A stretch of DNA of 63,918 nucleotides, counting the filler, from Craspedostauros australis (lineage: Eukaryota): the NCBI GenBank assembly GCA_030167865.1. It is 17 parts of 17 records of this genome, joined end to end, with 100 filler letters (N's around TTAATTAATTAA, not from the genome) between each part and the next. Parts side by side here need not be neighbours in the genome. Positions count along the whole stretch, not along the records: positions 1 to 1,730 come from JALAGF010001087.1; positions 1,831 to 3,168 come from JALAGF010001088.1; positions 3,269 to 4,712 come from JALAGF010001090.1; positions 4,813 to 6,290 come from JALAGF010001091.1; positions 6,391 to 7,767 come from JALAGF010001092.1; positions 7,868 to 12,587 come from JALAGF010001093.1; 11 more parts are not named here. One strand, written 5' to 3'. Numbering within the stretch: the stretch's first letter is position 1; each line of letters starts with the position of its first letter. Positions 1 through 10,849 of the stretch are shown one piece after another. Under the pieces are notes generated by a model. It did not search any database. It was not told the origin of the DNA and was given only the letters and a program-made list of their open reading frames with translations. A program made the position numbers and the translations under genes.

Positions 1-1730
1 TGTCAACATCTAGATCGAATTTAGGCTAACATCTCACATGACTGAAACGTGATTCGACTCGATTGATAGTATAGTCGGATGAGTCTTGATGATGCGAATG
101 GTGTTCGGGTCCTGCTGTCATCAGAACTGATGTAGGAACTGACATCAGAGACTGACATCAGAGGACCGTCACTGAGGTCCGAGGGATCAAGAATAAGTGA
201 TAGTCATGTTATGCTGACTTGTCTAGTGACGCCAGGTGCATCAGTGAGCACGTGGTAACAACAATTAGGAGATAGTCATATGATGTCAGGGATGATGCAA
301 GCAATCTGCTGACATCGACAGGCTGAGATATATGGACACCAAGAGAGTCCAAGACTAGGCAGGCTCAGACAGAGATGAATAAAGACCCAAGAGGAGAGAT
401 AACACGGGATACTGCGCAAAGCAGCCAGCAACCTTGGGCAACAAAGTAGGAATCATGCACGATGGACCACGGCGACATCGAGCAGAATAGTAGGAAGACC
501 CGATGATGAACAACAGTAGAATCGGGCAAGATAGTAGAAATGATGCATAATGCATCAACTTAGGATGAATGAGATCTTGTTCTCACAAATCTCATCAATC
601 ATCAATTGAATACAACAATAACTTAACAACAACAATCACCAAACACCAACCAACTTCACCTTAGGACTTGATCACCCTGGCGGCGTAGTAAGTGCAGTGT
701 TTGGTGCCCACCTGTATGCAATTGACGGTTCTCACGAAACTTGGTATACTTCCCAACTAAACCTCAAATGACGATATCCGCACCAAGACGTCGACATCAT
801 CGACGGCACATGACATCTGGAGAGCAGAAGGACCACAACTGACGTCGACAGGATGTCATCATGTCACCACGTTGACATCTGTCTCCATGTCAGGAACAGA
901 AGGTGAAGATCAGATGTCGAAGTACATGAAGATCATGGATACATGTGAGAAGCGTTCAAGTGGCAAGTACTCATGGAGTAGAAGTCAGTAGTAATGAGAA
1001 CCGTCAATTGCATACAGGTCAATGAACCAAACACTACACTTACTACGCCGCCAGAGTGATCAAGTCCTAAGGTGAAGTTGGTTGGTGTTTGGTTGTTGTT
1101 GTTGTTAAGTTATTGTTGTATTCAATTGATGATTGATGAGATTTGTGAGAACAAGATCTCATTCATCCTAAGTTGATGCATTATGCATCATTTCTACTAT
1201 CTTGCCCGATTCTACTGTTGTTCATCATCGGGTCTTCCTACTATTCTGCTCGATGTCGCCGTGGTCCATCGTGCATGATTCCTACTTTGTTGCCCAAGGT
1301 TGCTGGCTGCTTTGCGCAGTATCCCGTGTTATCTCTCCTCTTGGGTCTTTATTCATCTCTGTCTGAGCCTGCCTAGTCTTGGACTCTCTTGGTGTCCATA
1401 TATCTCAGCCTGTCGATGTCAGCAGATTGCTTGCATCATCCCTGACATCATATGACTATCTCCTAATTGTTGTTACCACGTGCTCACTGATGCACCTGGC
1501 GTCACTAGACAAGTCAGCATAACATGACTATCACTTATTCTTGATCCCTCGGACCTCAGTGACGGTCCTCTGATGTCAGTCTCTGATGTCAGTTCCTACA
1601 TCAGTTCTGATGACAGCAGGACCCGAACACCATTCGCATCATCAAGACTCATCCGACTATACTATCAATCGAGTCGAATCACGTTTCAGTCATGTGAGAT
1701 GTTAGCCTAAATTCGATCTAGATGTTGACA
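1..1730. repeat. Long inverted repeat: arms 1-734 and 995-1730 around a 260-bp spacer (foldback element or two head-to-head LTR-like copies)
   Basis: The contig starts TGTCAACATCTAGATCG and ends CGATCTAGATGTTGACA. An identical 67-aa ORF appears at 355-558(-) and 1173-1376(+). The inner boundaries are ...GACGGTTCTCA(734) and (995)TGAGAACCGTC. Confidence 0.92.
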
Positions 1731-1830
1731 NNNNNNNNNNNNNNNNNNNNNNNNNNNNNNNNNNNNNNNNNNNNTTAATTAATTAANNNNNNNNNNNNNN
1801 NNNNNNNNNNNNNNNNNNNNNNNNNNNNNN
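1731..1830. other. Artificial contig spacer N44-TTAATTAATTAA-N44 (first of 16 in the window)
   Basis: The same 100-bp spacer, with stops in all six frames, separates every contig. Confidence 0.97.
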
Positions 1831-2144
1831 TACATATCCATGATCTCCATGACGCCACAGTAATAGAATCTTTGAATTCTGTTCTGATGTGGAGTCAGCT
1901 GTTGATGTGGGGACACATGCCATCATGTCAGTGCCAGCTGTCGTTCCATGCTCCTTCACATTCCATATTCCGTTGATGATGTAGATGGGAGGCAAAAGTA
2001 TTGTCATTTTGGGTATCCCTTAATGGACCAGCCATAAAGGATCTGTCAGATCCATTGTAAAGCCTCCGTGTTAAATTTCTACGGNTTTTTCCTACCATGC
2101 CCTACGTATGAAAACTAGTTCTGTACCTGTNTCTAAACTGGATT

Positions 2145-3168
2145 TTAGACTGTAATGGTCAGTTCACTTTCGTCAGAGTTGATTGTATTCTCATCATCCT
2201 TCCCATGAAATACATTCCAGTGCAGCTTACAGACATGGATTCCACACACACTGCACATCCTTCGGACTCTGCTTGGTTCATGTGCTGGCCTGCCTTCGAG
2301 CTTTGCTTTTGCTTTGAGATAAGAACAGTATCTGCAAGTCTTCTGGCTTCCGTCCCTGCTGATGATCTCCTTGTGATCTTCGAATCTCCCCTCCAATCTC
2401 GATCTGGGCAGCTTTGGAGAGCAGGGGCTCATCCGATTCCTTGTTCGAATGGTGTGTGGGACTCTCTGGTGGCTTGCCCTTGTTGCCATCAAATCTGCTT
2501 CATTCCCTTTGCGGACCAAAGCCTCAATCATCTCGATTATGAATTCCTTGCTCCCCAATCGATCTTGCTCTCTTGCCAGGTGATTGAATGCAATCCAAGT
2601 ATTGACGCACATGATGTCGAACAAGTGGAACATGAGGGGCATCCATACTCTCCAAGCCCTCAAGTCAGGGCGATAGTATGCGATAAGTTGGTCGCATTTG
2701 TCAACTCCAAGCATCCAATGATTGTAGTCATCAATCATCTTTGGAATTCGGATGTGTGCAGAGTACTTGCTCCCCCAGACCATCTTCATGTGCCCTGCAT
2801 TCACCTTGTTCTTTCTTGGCTTGTGGCAATTGCAAAGGACTGACTCGTTCCCATGGCGCACCGTACTTACCATCAACACCACATTGTTGTCAATCCACCT
2901 GGCCACCACGTACTGATTGTTCTCAATCCAGACATAGAGTGAGTTGAAGCACATGTCCTCAACCTCCTTCACCTCTGTGCTGGGGAATCCATTCCTCCTC
3001 CTTGCAGTGCCAACAACTCTGATGCCCATCTCTCTTGACTTCGCCATGACTGTCTTGGTTGTGAAGAGGTTGTCCATTGCAACAACATGGTGATTTGTTG
3101 GGTCCAATGTCTTCATGAGCTCCTCCACAGTGTTGTTGATTTTTGTTGTTGTGTCCAGACGTCCTGCA
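2145..3168 (-). mobile_element. piggyBac-family transposase, C-terminal part (5' truncated by contig end)
   Basis: Motifs MDNLFT, VVGTAR, WIDNNVV and YNHWMLGVDKCDQLIAYY. C-terminal Cys/His-rich domain CRYC...CSVC...CKLHW..FH. The frame is open to the contig end. Confidence 0.9.
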
Positions 3169-3268
3169 NNNNNNNNNNNNNNNNNNNNNNNNNNNNNNNN
3201 NNNNNNNNNNNNTTAATTAATTAANNNNNNNNNNNNNNNNNNNNNNNNNNNNNNNNNNNNNNNNNNNN

Positions 3269-4712
3269 CCATTTTGGAATCTTGTTCTTGTCTTGGAGGT
3301 TCTTGTGCAGGACGTATGCTGGGCAACCCCATACGCGCGATCGCTGGAGCATCACGCAGTTGTCATCAGATCCCGTGAACTTCGCCATGGGAGAGCTGTT
3401 GGAGTTTCGCTGCGGAATATGGTTGTACGTCCAGGTGGCGTAGGTGACTGCGAGCGGCCAAAGTTCGACATCGAATTGATCGGGCCAGTGGAGGCTGACG
3501 TGAATGAGCATTGCTCTCGCCCTGTTCATGATGACTCGGATAGCNACCTCTGCAGCTCCATTTTGATGGTGCGCTCCTTGCGACGCAAACCGGATGCTTT
3601 GATTGGCAGTCAACGATTCGCGGAAGGCGCGGGAGGAGAGAGACCCTTGGTCCGTATGGTACATCTTGATTGACACGTTGCTCTGGCTGGCAATGTATTC
3701 GAAGTCGTTCTTGGCTTTGATGGTATCGTGTGCACCGAGAGATGCCTGATGGAAGGTATGGATGAACCCGCTGTAGTGATCATAGAAGATGGTTCCGCCA
3801 ACATATTTGCTGGATACGGGTTCGCGCCCTTTGGTGTGTTCGAGGCGTCCTTTCACTGCAACGTGGTAGTGATCCACAGAGACGAGGTGACCTGGTTTGG
3901 TTGCGTTTGGAGCAATTGGACGTTGGTCTTCGGATGGATGTGAGGTTCTTGTAGGTATTGGTCGACGCTTGGCCGTTGCGATGGCGCAGGCTTGGCAGAG
4001 TGGGTTGATGCAGTTGGCAGGTCCCTTTCCTCGCCCTGGAAGGCAAGGGGTCTCAATCCATTTTTGCGCAGGTCCGGAGAGACGTCTTACTCTGCGTGTA
4101 AGTCGATAAAGTTGTTTCACATGATCCATTCCGAGATGTCCGAAGCGTTGATGATCCAGTAGCAGCTGTTTCTGATTTGCAGTGAGGTTCTCGTTTGCAG
4201 GTGACAGGACAGATGGTAGTGCGTGGGTGATTTGGCATTCAAAACAAGTGTGAGACTTGCATTGACAGGGTATTGCATCCGGTTTGTCTGCGAGTTGGTG
4301 TTGAGGATCGCGCGCCAATGCGGTCGGAATATTCGTGAATGGATGGATAGGACAGTTCATTACGCTGCCATCCTCCAACNNNNNNNNNNNNNNNNNNNNN
4401 NNNNNNNNNNNNGGTTGGCGATCGGTCTTGATGCTGTGGTATTGAGCGTAGGCTTGCGGAGAGAAGAGGCGGATGTGTGCTTCCTCCACGTAATGTGCTC
4501 TGGTTCGGACAGGTGCGATGTTTCCATTCAGGGATAGCACTTGCCATTGGACAGTGCCTATGCCAGAGATTTGAAGTTTGCCGCTTGCTGTTTGGATGTC
4601 TCCGAAGTTACCGAGATGTGGTCCCGTGATGAAGTCCTCCTTTCGATATGTCATGGAGAATGAGCACCCAGTGTCGAGGATGATGGGACACATGGCGCGC
4701 TTGTTGGTGAGA
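3269..4712 (-). mobile_element. Ty1/copia pol fragment: aspartic protease, Zn-binding region and integrase core
   Basis: ILDTGCSFSM protease motif. HQRFGH...CQAC zinc motif. Integrase motifs VSVDH, YHTDQG and QNGAAE, then WGCPAYVL...KIPKW. Protease-to-integrase order is copia-type. Confidence 0.92.
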
Positions 4713-6764
4713 NNNNNNNNNNNNNNNNNNNNNNNNNNNNNNNNNNNNNNNNNNNNTTAATTAATTAANNNNNNNNNNNNNNNNNNNNNNNNNNNNNNNN
4801 NNNNNNNNNNNNTCCACTGTTCCTGCCGCACGGACCACCAACACACAACACCATGCGCATTCTATCAATAGGCATGAGTGCCGCCGTCTTGGCTCGTGAC
4901 TCCCAGAGCATTGATGCTCAACCGAGGCGACCGACAGGAACATCCACCTCACAAATGAAGTTGGGAGCACCACGAAGGAGGACATGTGGGTGTACGGTAT
5001 CCATGGGCCATGGATCGCTGACCGTGTGCTTCTTGTGCCTGTTGGAACTCGGTGTCAACCATGATCCGCAATATGACACTCGCACTCTGCATGGGGTTGC
5101 TCGTTCGTTGGTTGGTTGGTTGGATTCTTCTTTTGCTAGTCAAGCTCGCTGGATGCTTGGACTGCGCTGTCTCGTCGGTTCTTGTCTTTCCGCCACGCTG
5201 GCACTGGTCGCTTCGAAGATTGGAATTGATGGTGACCCTGGCATTTGTTGCTTCAACGGCGAGTGATCACTCCTCCTGGGACTTGGTAAGGGTCTCAGCT
5301 GCAGTTTTGGCACAATGGCGAGAGTGCAACTCATGAAGAGATGAGAACGATAGCGCGACACAGGACGGTCGATGGAACCACAGATGTCCAATCCGTTCGT
5401 GAATGACATCGGCAACATCCCTGTGTGGGTATGTACTATGCCGCAGAGAGCGGACCAGACTAGTCGTAGACAAGGCGGAGGCAGCGTGGGAGCAGTATCC
5501 AGCCCTTCAATCTCTTGGAACATCCATTGCCTTCATCACAGCGTTCTATTGCACAAGCAGATATAGTGTATGCGGTACTGTTCCAAACATACGTAGAGAA
5601 GTACAATCCATTCGTAGGTGTACTACATTACAGCGACATGAGTCTACCATACCTCTATGAGTATGATACAAATACGGAGCGGCCCACACATCTCATTCCA
5701 TGCCATCATGTCGTGATGCATCACAGGGTGGGAGTTTTGGTACCATTCATCAAGGGATGGCGGCACTGAGACGCGCTCTTGTTCCTGACTGCTTTCTTTG
5801 ATATGAGTTGCAGTGGTTTTGTGCCGGACAGCTTCTCATGGTAGACAGCATCGCGAGTTGACGATCTGCTTCGTCCACAACGATTTGATTGAAGGGCCTC
5901 GTGTGATGACGAACGTTTGTTGCCATGTTGTTCTTTGCCATGTCGTCCATCTTCATCTCTCTCATTGCTGTGCTGTTCGATGCTGTCAATTCGATATCCT
6001 CTTGATCTGCTTCGTGGTCGCGCCGATGATGATCGTTCATCGCAGGACTTCCGTCGCCCATCTTCGCCACATGGTGTCGATTGGCTACGGCCACGTTGAT
6101 TTGGTCTTCGCGAACTTCCTCGGTCATGCGTTCGGGAAGGTGAGCCCTTGGGCCGTTGCAAACCAGTCCCAGCGGAGTGCGCATTTGAGTTGGTTTCGCG
6201 TGAACGCGAGGCTGCGTTCATGTCATCCGAACTGCCAGATGTTCGTTGTCGCCGTGATGATGGCGATGAGTCCATCGATACTCGCGCAGTNNNNNNNNNN
6301 NNNNNNNNNNNNNNNNNNNNNNNNNNNNNNNNNNTTAATTAATTAANNNNNNNNNNNNNNNNNNNNNNNNNNNNNNNNNNNNNNNNNNNNCATCCACTAC
6401 TGAATTCATCGTTGGGGGCAACACGCATCTCGCACACTCAAATTTGTCACTCTGCCTGGGCAACGTTTGACCGCGCAAGAATTTTTGCGCTCCGCGCACG
6501 CGCGCGACACTTGTGATGTTGACATCTGTCGAAGCCCGCTTTCGATTCGCATTGTCCACGTCGCGCGCTATGATTGGTTCAAAAACGAGTCCATCCAGTC
6601 GATGATCGTGACATGTTGGTGATTCCTTGTTCTTCGTCGGAAGTAGGAATTGAGAGTTCTCACAGGACGATTCCGAAATCTGGCGGAGGAATCATCACCA
6701 CAGGAATTCACGACGAAAAACGTACCGTGCAACTCTGCGTGAATTGCTTGTCCAACGCAAAACT

Positions 6765-7020
6765 GGGAGCTATGGTAATATATATTTTCCCTTTGGTCTA
6801 AGAACGAAGACCCAATGGGATTCATTCGAATTGACAACTGTGCAAACCCAAAATCGTTCCAATGACAGGCAACACGGGTCTTCTGTACAACACTTTGTTC
6901 ACACGCATACAACCAATTTCTCTGCTCTGCTCTAATCACTTAGTCTGTCTCTTTCTCTATTACCTGACTTGGCAAGGCTGGAAGAAGCCCTGATCAACAG
7001 ACAGCTATGGCAACTGCCTT
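6765..7020 (-). mobile_element. 3' terminal region of the Harbinger-like element, homologous to 61461-61728
   Basis: Reverse-complement similarity to 61461-61728 (e.g. GGGATTCATTCGAATTG, CTCTGCTCTGCTCTA, GGCTGGAAGAAGCC). Both copies end at TATTACCAT(A/G)GCTCCC. Confidence 0.78.
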
Positions 7021-7577
7021 CAATACTGTCTTGCGCAGTTGCATATTATGTTGAAATGAGTCATGTAAGATCTTCCATCTCTTGAAGAGACGTAAATGGT
7101 TTCATGTCTTGCTCTTACATGAGTCTTGCCATCCCTGTCAGCATTGGTATCATAGTCCTTTGACTTGCATACCAAGGGACTGCTGTGTCCTCGATCAGCA
7201 TGCACCATTTCATCAGCAGCAAGTTTCCCACCATCAAGCAGTCGAAGATCTGTTGGTCCGGCCACTGACCACAAGGTAACAGACCATGGCACCAAACGAT
7301 GTCACCAGCTTGGATGCAAATTGCCATCTCGTACTGCAGATCAGTTCCCTTGTATTTGAGACTGTACCATTTCTTTGAAAAGGATGAGGTTCAAGAAAAC
7401 AAAAGTCAGTCCCATCCACCATGAATTTGCACATCTAGTTAGGATTTGTGCTCTGTTGGTGACACAATTCAGTAGGAAAGGCCTCGTGAGCTGCCGGTTT
7501 CGGGATAACCGTGCAATGCAGTTCGAGAGGAGTGACCTTGTTAGAAGTTGTGTTACTGTAACGATGAGTAGAGTCAT
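6957..7577 (-). pseudogene. Degenerate PIF/Harbinger-like (DDE_Tnp_4-type) transposase
   Basis: Motifs are split across three frames: VDGTDFCFLEPHPF, ICIQAGDIVWCHG..PCGQWPD and ADRGH...RARHETI, with frameshifts and stops. Confidence 0.72.
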
Positions 7578-7705
7578 GCTTTTGTGCTAATCTCTGTTTG
7601 TGTTATTATGAGTTAGTTAGTAGTCTTGGTAGGATGAAGAAATGATGTCACACAGCTCGACACTGTCGAGATGTACATGTGAGTATATCCGTAAGGAAAG
7701 TTTCG

Positions 7706-7747
7706 GTCCTCAGGAGGACATTTAGTGCTATCTGTCCTCCTGAGGAC
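7706..7747. repeat. Perfect 15-bp inverted repeat with a 12-bp loop
   Basis: GTCCTCAGGAGGACA-tttagtgctatc-TGTCCTCCTGAGGAC. Confidence 0.9.
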
Positions 7748-8672
7748 ATTTATTTTTGACATGCATCNNNNNNNNNNNNNNNNNNNNNNNNNNNNNNNNN
7801 NNNNNNNNNNNTTAATTAATTAANNNNNNNNNNNNNNNNNNNNNNNNNNNNNNNNNNNNNNNNNNNNGTGCGTCTGCGGGGTGTCCTGCCCCGGGGGATC
7901 AGGAAGTGCATAACATGGAGTTGGGATAGATTCGTCAAAAGCCGGTACAACCGGTGGACTGGTTCGATGCCGGAAGGCTGCGGTCATACTCAGAGTAGCA
8001 TTCGCTACATGGGGACCAAAACCTACACGCCGAACTCTAGTCAACATACGACATCGCATCCAGCTCCAATAACAGCATGAACTGACATGGTATTACACAT
8101 GCAACGCATGCTACACACCAACCCAATAGTGCACATATCTTGTGATATACTCTACTACTGACTTTCTGCACTACCATTTGCTCTTCAGCTGTATGATCGA
8201 CCACCGGCAACAATCAACTCAACGGCCCATACTGGTATTCGGATGATCGAAGAACTCGCTTGTCACAACACGAAGAAACAGCCATTGACTCACAACCGAC
8301 TCATTCGAATGATGACGACGCAACACTCAAGGATATACGGTAAAAACGTATTATTGAAATATTATGCGAGTGTTCATCACGAACCAGTAAACGGACACCT
8401 GGAAATGTGAATCCGTTGACCACAATGAATCGTGTTTCATTGAGAAAGATGAGTCACGATAAAGCGAAGTTGGAAACGAGTGCGTTGTCCACATCATCTT
8501 TGGCGCCACCTTCTGACGCAACGACCCGTTTCGTCAGGCACGGAATGGCGTTGGACGGCATAGCATGGCGTGGCATGGTACCGCACATCTTCCACATCCT
8601 CCACATCCTCCACCAACCGCAGCTTCCCAAAAGAGAAGAAGGAGAAGCAAGACAAGCAGCATCAACGTTGTC

Positions 8673-9464
8673 ATGGCCGCTCCAACGAAAGCAGCAGCCT
8701 CCGCCACGCGACGTTTGCTCGTGCTGGGTGGCAACGGATACGTCGGGCAGAACCTCTGCCATGCCGCGATCGCCTCCGGCCAGTACGATGTGGTGTCCTC
8801 CATGAGCAGAAGCGGACGTCCGTCGAAGGAGATGACCAGCACGCATCTGGCCTCGTCGCTGCAGAAGGTGGAATGGCACGAGGGCGACATCTTCGACAAG
8901 GAGAAGCGCAAGGAGATCTTCGCGGGCGCCGATGCCATCATCTCGACCGTCGGAGCATTCGGTTCCAACGACTTCATGGAGCGCATTTGCGGCGATTCCA
9001 ACGTGGAGGCCATCGACACTGCCGTCGAGGTCGGCGTCAAGCGCTTTGGCTTCGTCAGCTCGGCGCAGGTCGGCAAGTTCAACCTAGAGTCGGCCAGCAC
9101 CAGCTTCCCGCTCTACGGGTATTACAAGGGCAAGACGAAGGCCGAGGATGCGCTGAAGGATGCCTACGCCGACAATCACATCATCGTGCGCCCGGGATTC
9201 ATCTACGGCAGCCGCCCCACGCCCATGGGCGTCATGGTCAATCTCGGGCTCATCGGCGAACCAGCTCATTTCGTGTGCACCAAGATGGGGCCGCTGTCAT
9301 CTGCCATCCAATCCATTCCCTTCGTGGGGACGGAGGCATCTAGCATGGTGTCGGTCGAGGCCGTGCGCGAGTCCATGATCCAGACCGCCGTCTTGGAGGA
9401 TGAATCGTTTGCCAACGCGAAGAAGCTTCTGCTGCCGGAGCACATTCGGCGGTTCGTGCAGTAG
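8673..9464 (+). CDS. NAD(P)-binding Rossmann-fold protein, atypical SDR/epimerase (Coq11/YLR290C-like)
   Basis: Motifs LLVLGGNGYVG, SRSG, STVGAFG, YYKGKTKAE and VRPGFIYG. Strong GC3 codon bias. The start is taken at ATG 8673 rather than the upstream in-frame ATG. Confidence 0.88.
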   Translation: MAAPTKAAASATRRLLVLGGNGYVGQNLCHAAIASGQYDVVSSMSRSGRPSKEMTSTHLASSLQKVEWHEGDIFDKEKRKEIFAGADAIISTVGAFGSNDFMERICGDSNVEAIDTAVEVGVKRFGFVSSAQVGKFNLESASTSFPLYGYYKGKTKAEDALKDAYADNHIIVRPGFIYGSRPTPMGVMVNLGLIGEPAHFVCTKMGPLSSAIQSIPFVGTEASSMVSVEAVRESMIQTAVLEDESFANAKKLLLPEHIRRFVQ

Positions 9465-9880
9465 GCGGGCACAGTCGCATGATGATGCAGTCAGATCTTG
9501 CAATAAGATCTGGTTTCATGTGCTCCCAGGACACCATTGATCCGTTAGCAACAAACTTTACAAAAGCGTGGCATCCGTGCACGATACCAAACGAAAATTG
9601 GACAAGCAGAGTACCCCCAGTCTTCAAGGCAATGATTTCCATTGCAACCTATTACACTTGTGTGCATGCACAAATGCACTGTCTAATTCGCCAAAGTGTG
9701 GCACGATGTTTGTAACATATAGTATTATAGCAGCTGTGCTCATTTTGCTCGACTTAACTCAGTTTGGATCTCGTCTCCCCTCCACCAAAACTGCAGGAGC
9801 AATGGAGCATGTCCATCCTGTTCTACTTGTATCGAAGAGGCAGTCATCGAATTCGAATCTCGCCTGATCCCATCCGCTCT

Positions 9881-10849
9881 CTACGCAGCCGCGATGGCAG
9901 AGACGAAACGGATGATGTCGCTGTTGGCGCTTCGCCGGTGCTCCGACAGTGTGAACTCGCTGCTTGTGGAATCGCTGTCCGAATCCAGCGGTGCCATCAT
10001 GTGAGGCATTTCCAGATGGCTGCTTCTGATGTCGATACCGTCGTTGGCGTGCATCTTGATCTCCACGCACGTTGGCATGCGAGATGACAATGACATCGTC
10101 TTCATTGTCGTACAATCGCGCGCGCAGATCTCTTGCGCGTCCACCAACTGCCCTTCCTCTTGCACATGTTGCTGCTGCGGTGGATAATTTCCAAACTCGT
10201 TCGCACGACCCGAACAAGTTGACATTGCAGCGCGCTCCCAATCACGACAGCTTGCGATCTGCCGCGCATCAACTGCGTCCTGTTCGGCAAGCTGGATGGC
10301 TTCCTCGATGCTCTCCTCTGTAAAATCGAGGTAGACATCCGCGATCTCCTCATCGTCCAATTCCCCATTCTCCTCCATGTGGATCTCTTGCATGGCCATG
10401 ACTGCCATGCACGCACGCCTCACCCGTTTCTTCGTCAGCATGCTGCCGTGGGAGACGCATCTCTCCAAACCGCGTGTGCACAGCTCGTCGCAAGCAATGC
10501 CAGCGGCATGTTCCAGTTGAGTATGGTTCTCGGCTGCATCCGCATGTTCGCTGTCAAGATCGCTCAGCGGTCGTCGGCAAACATTCTTGTCGTGGTGTCG
10601 TTGATCGGAGTCGCCACCGTTGTGGCAAGTGTCGCCGCTGGCTTGACGCACGGTGCTTTCGATATCGTCCAAGATGTCGAGCAGCTCATCCGGGGTGTAC
10701 CAGCAATGATACAGCTCGTCTGGTGTGTAGTCATCGCAGGACAGGATCTCGTGGATCTTGTCCTTGCTGTCGCAGAAACGAACAACCCTCTGTTGTTCTG
10801 GTTGAAGCTGCTGTTGCTGCTGTTGATGTTGATGTTGATGTTCACACAT
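9881..10849 (-). CDS. Uncharacterised protein of the diatom-type VRF...WY...RGLE family
   Basis: Motifs VRFCDS...HEILS.DDYT.DE...CWYT.DE and CTRGLE...AVMAMQ...IADVY...AIQLAEQDA. Poly-Q at the N-terminus. Confidence 0.7.
   Translation of the reverse strand: MCEHQHQHQQQQQQLQPEQQRVVRFCDSKDKIHEILSCDDYTPDELYHCWYTPDELLDILDDIESTVRQASGDTCHNGGDSDQRHHDKNVCRRPLSDLDSEHADAAENHTQLEHAAGIACDELCTRGLERCVSHGSMLTKKRVRRACMAVMAMQEIHMEENGELDDEEIADVYLDFTEESIEEAIQLAEQDAVDARQIASCRDWERAAMSTCSGRANEFGNYPPQQQHVQEEGQLVDAQEICARDCTTMKTMSLSSRMPTCVEIKMHANDGIDIRSSHLEMPHMMAPLDSDSDSTSSEFTLSEHRRSANSDIIRFVSAIAAA

Noticed and set aside
355..558. Duplicated 67-aa ORF (also 1173-1376)
   Set aside because: A by-product of the inverted repeat, with no motif or codon-bias support.
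1775..1786. Recurrent TTAATTAATTAA as a piggyBac TSD or regulatory motif
   Set aside because: It is always centred in N runs, so it is an artificial linker.
4813..6290. Possible decayed gene or TE fragments (e.g. 5515-5769)
   Set aside because: Short ORFs interrupted by stops, with no motif I can recognise. A translated search is needed.
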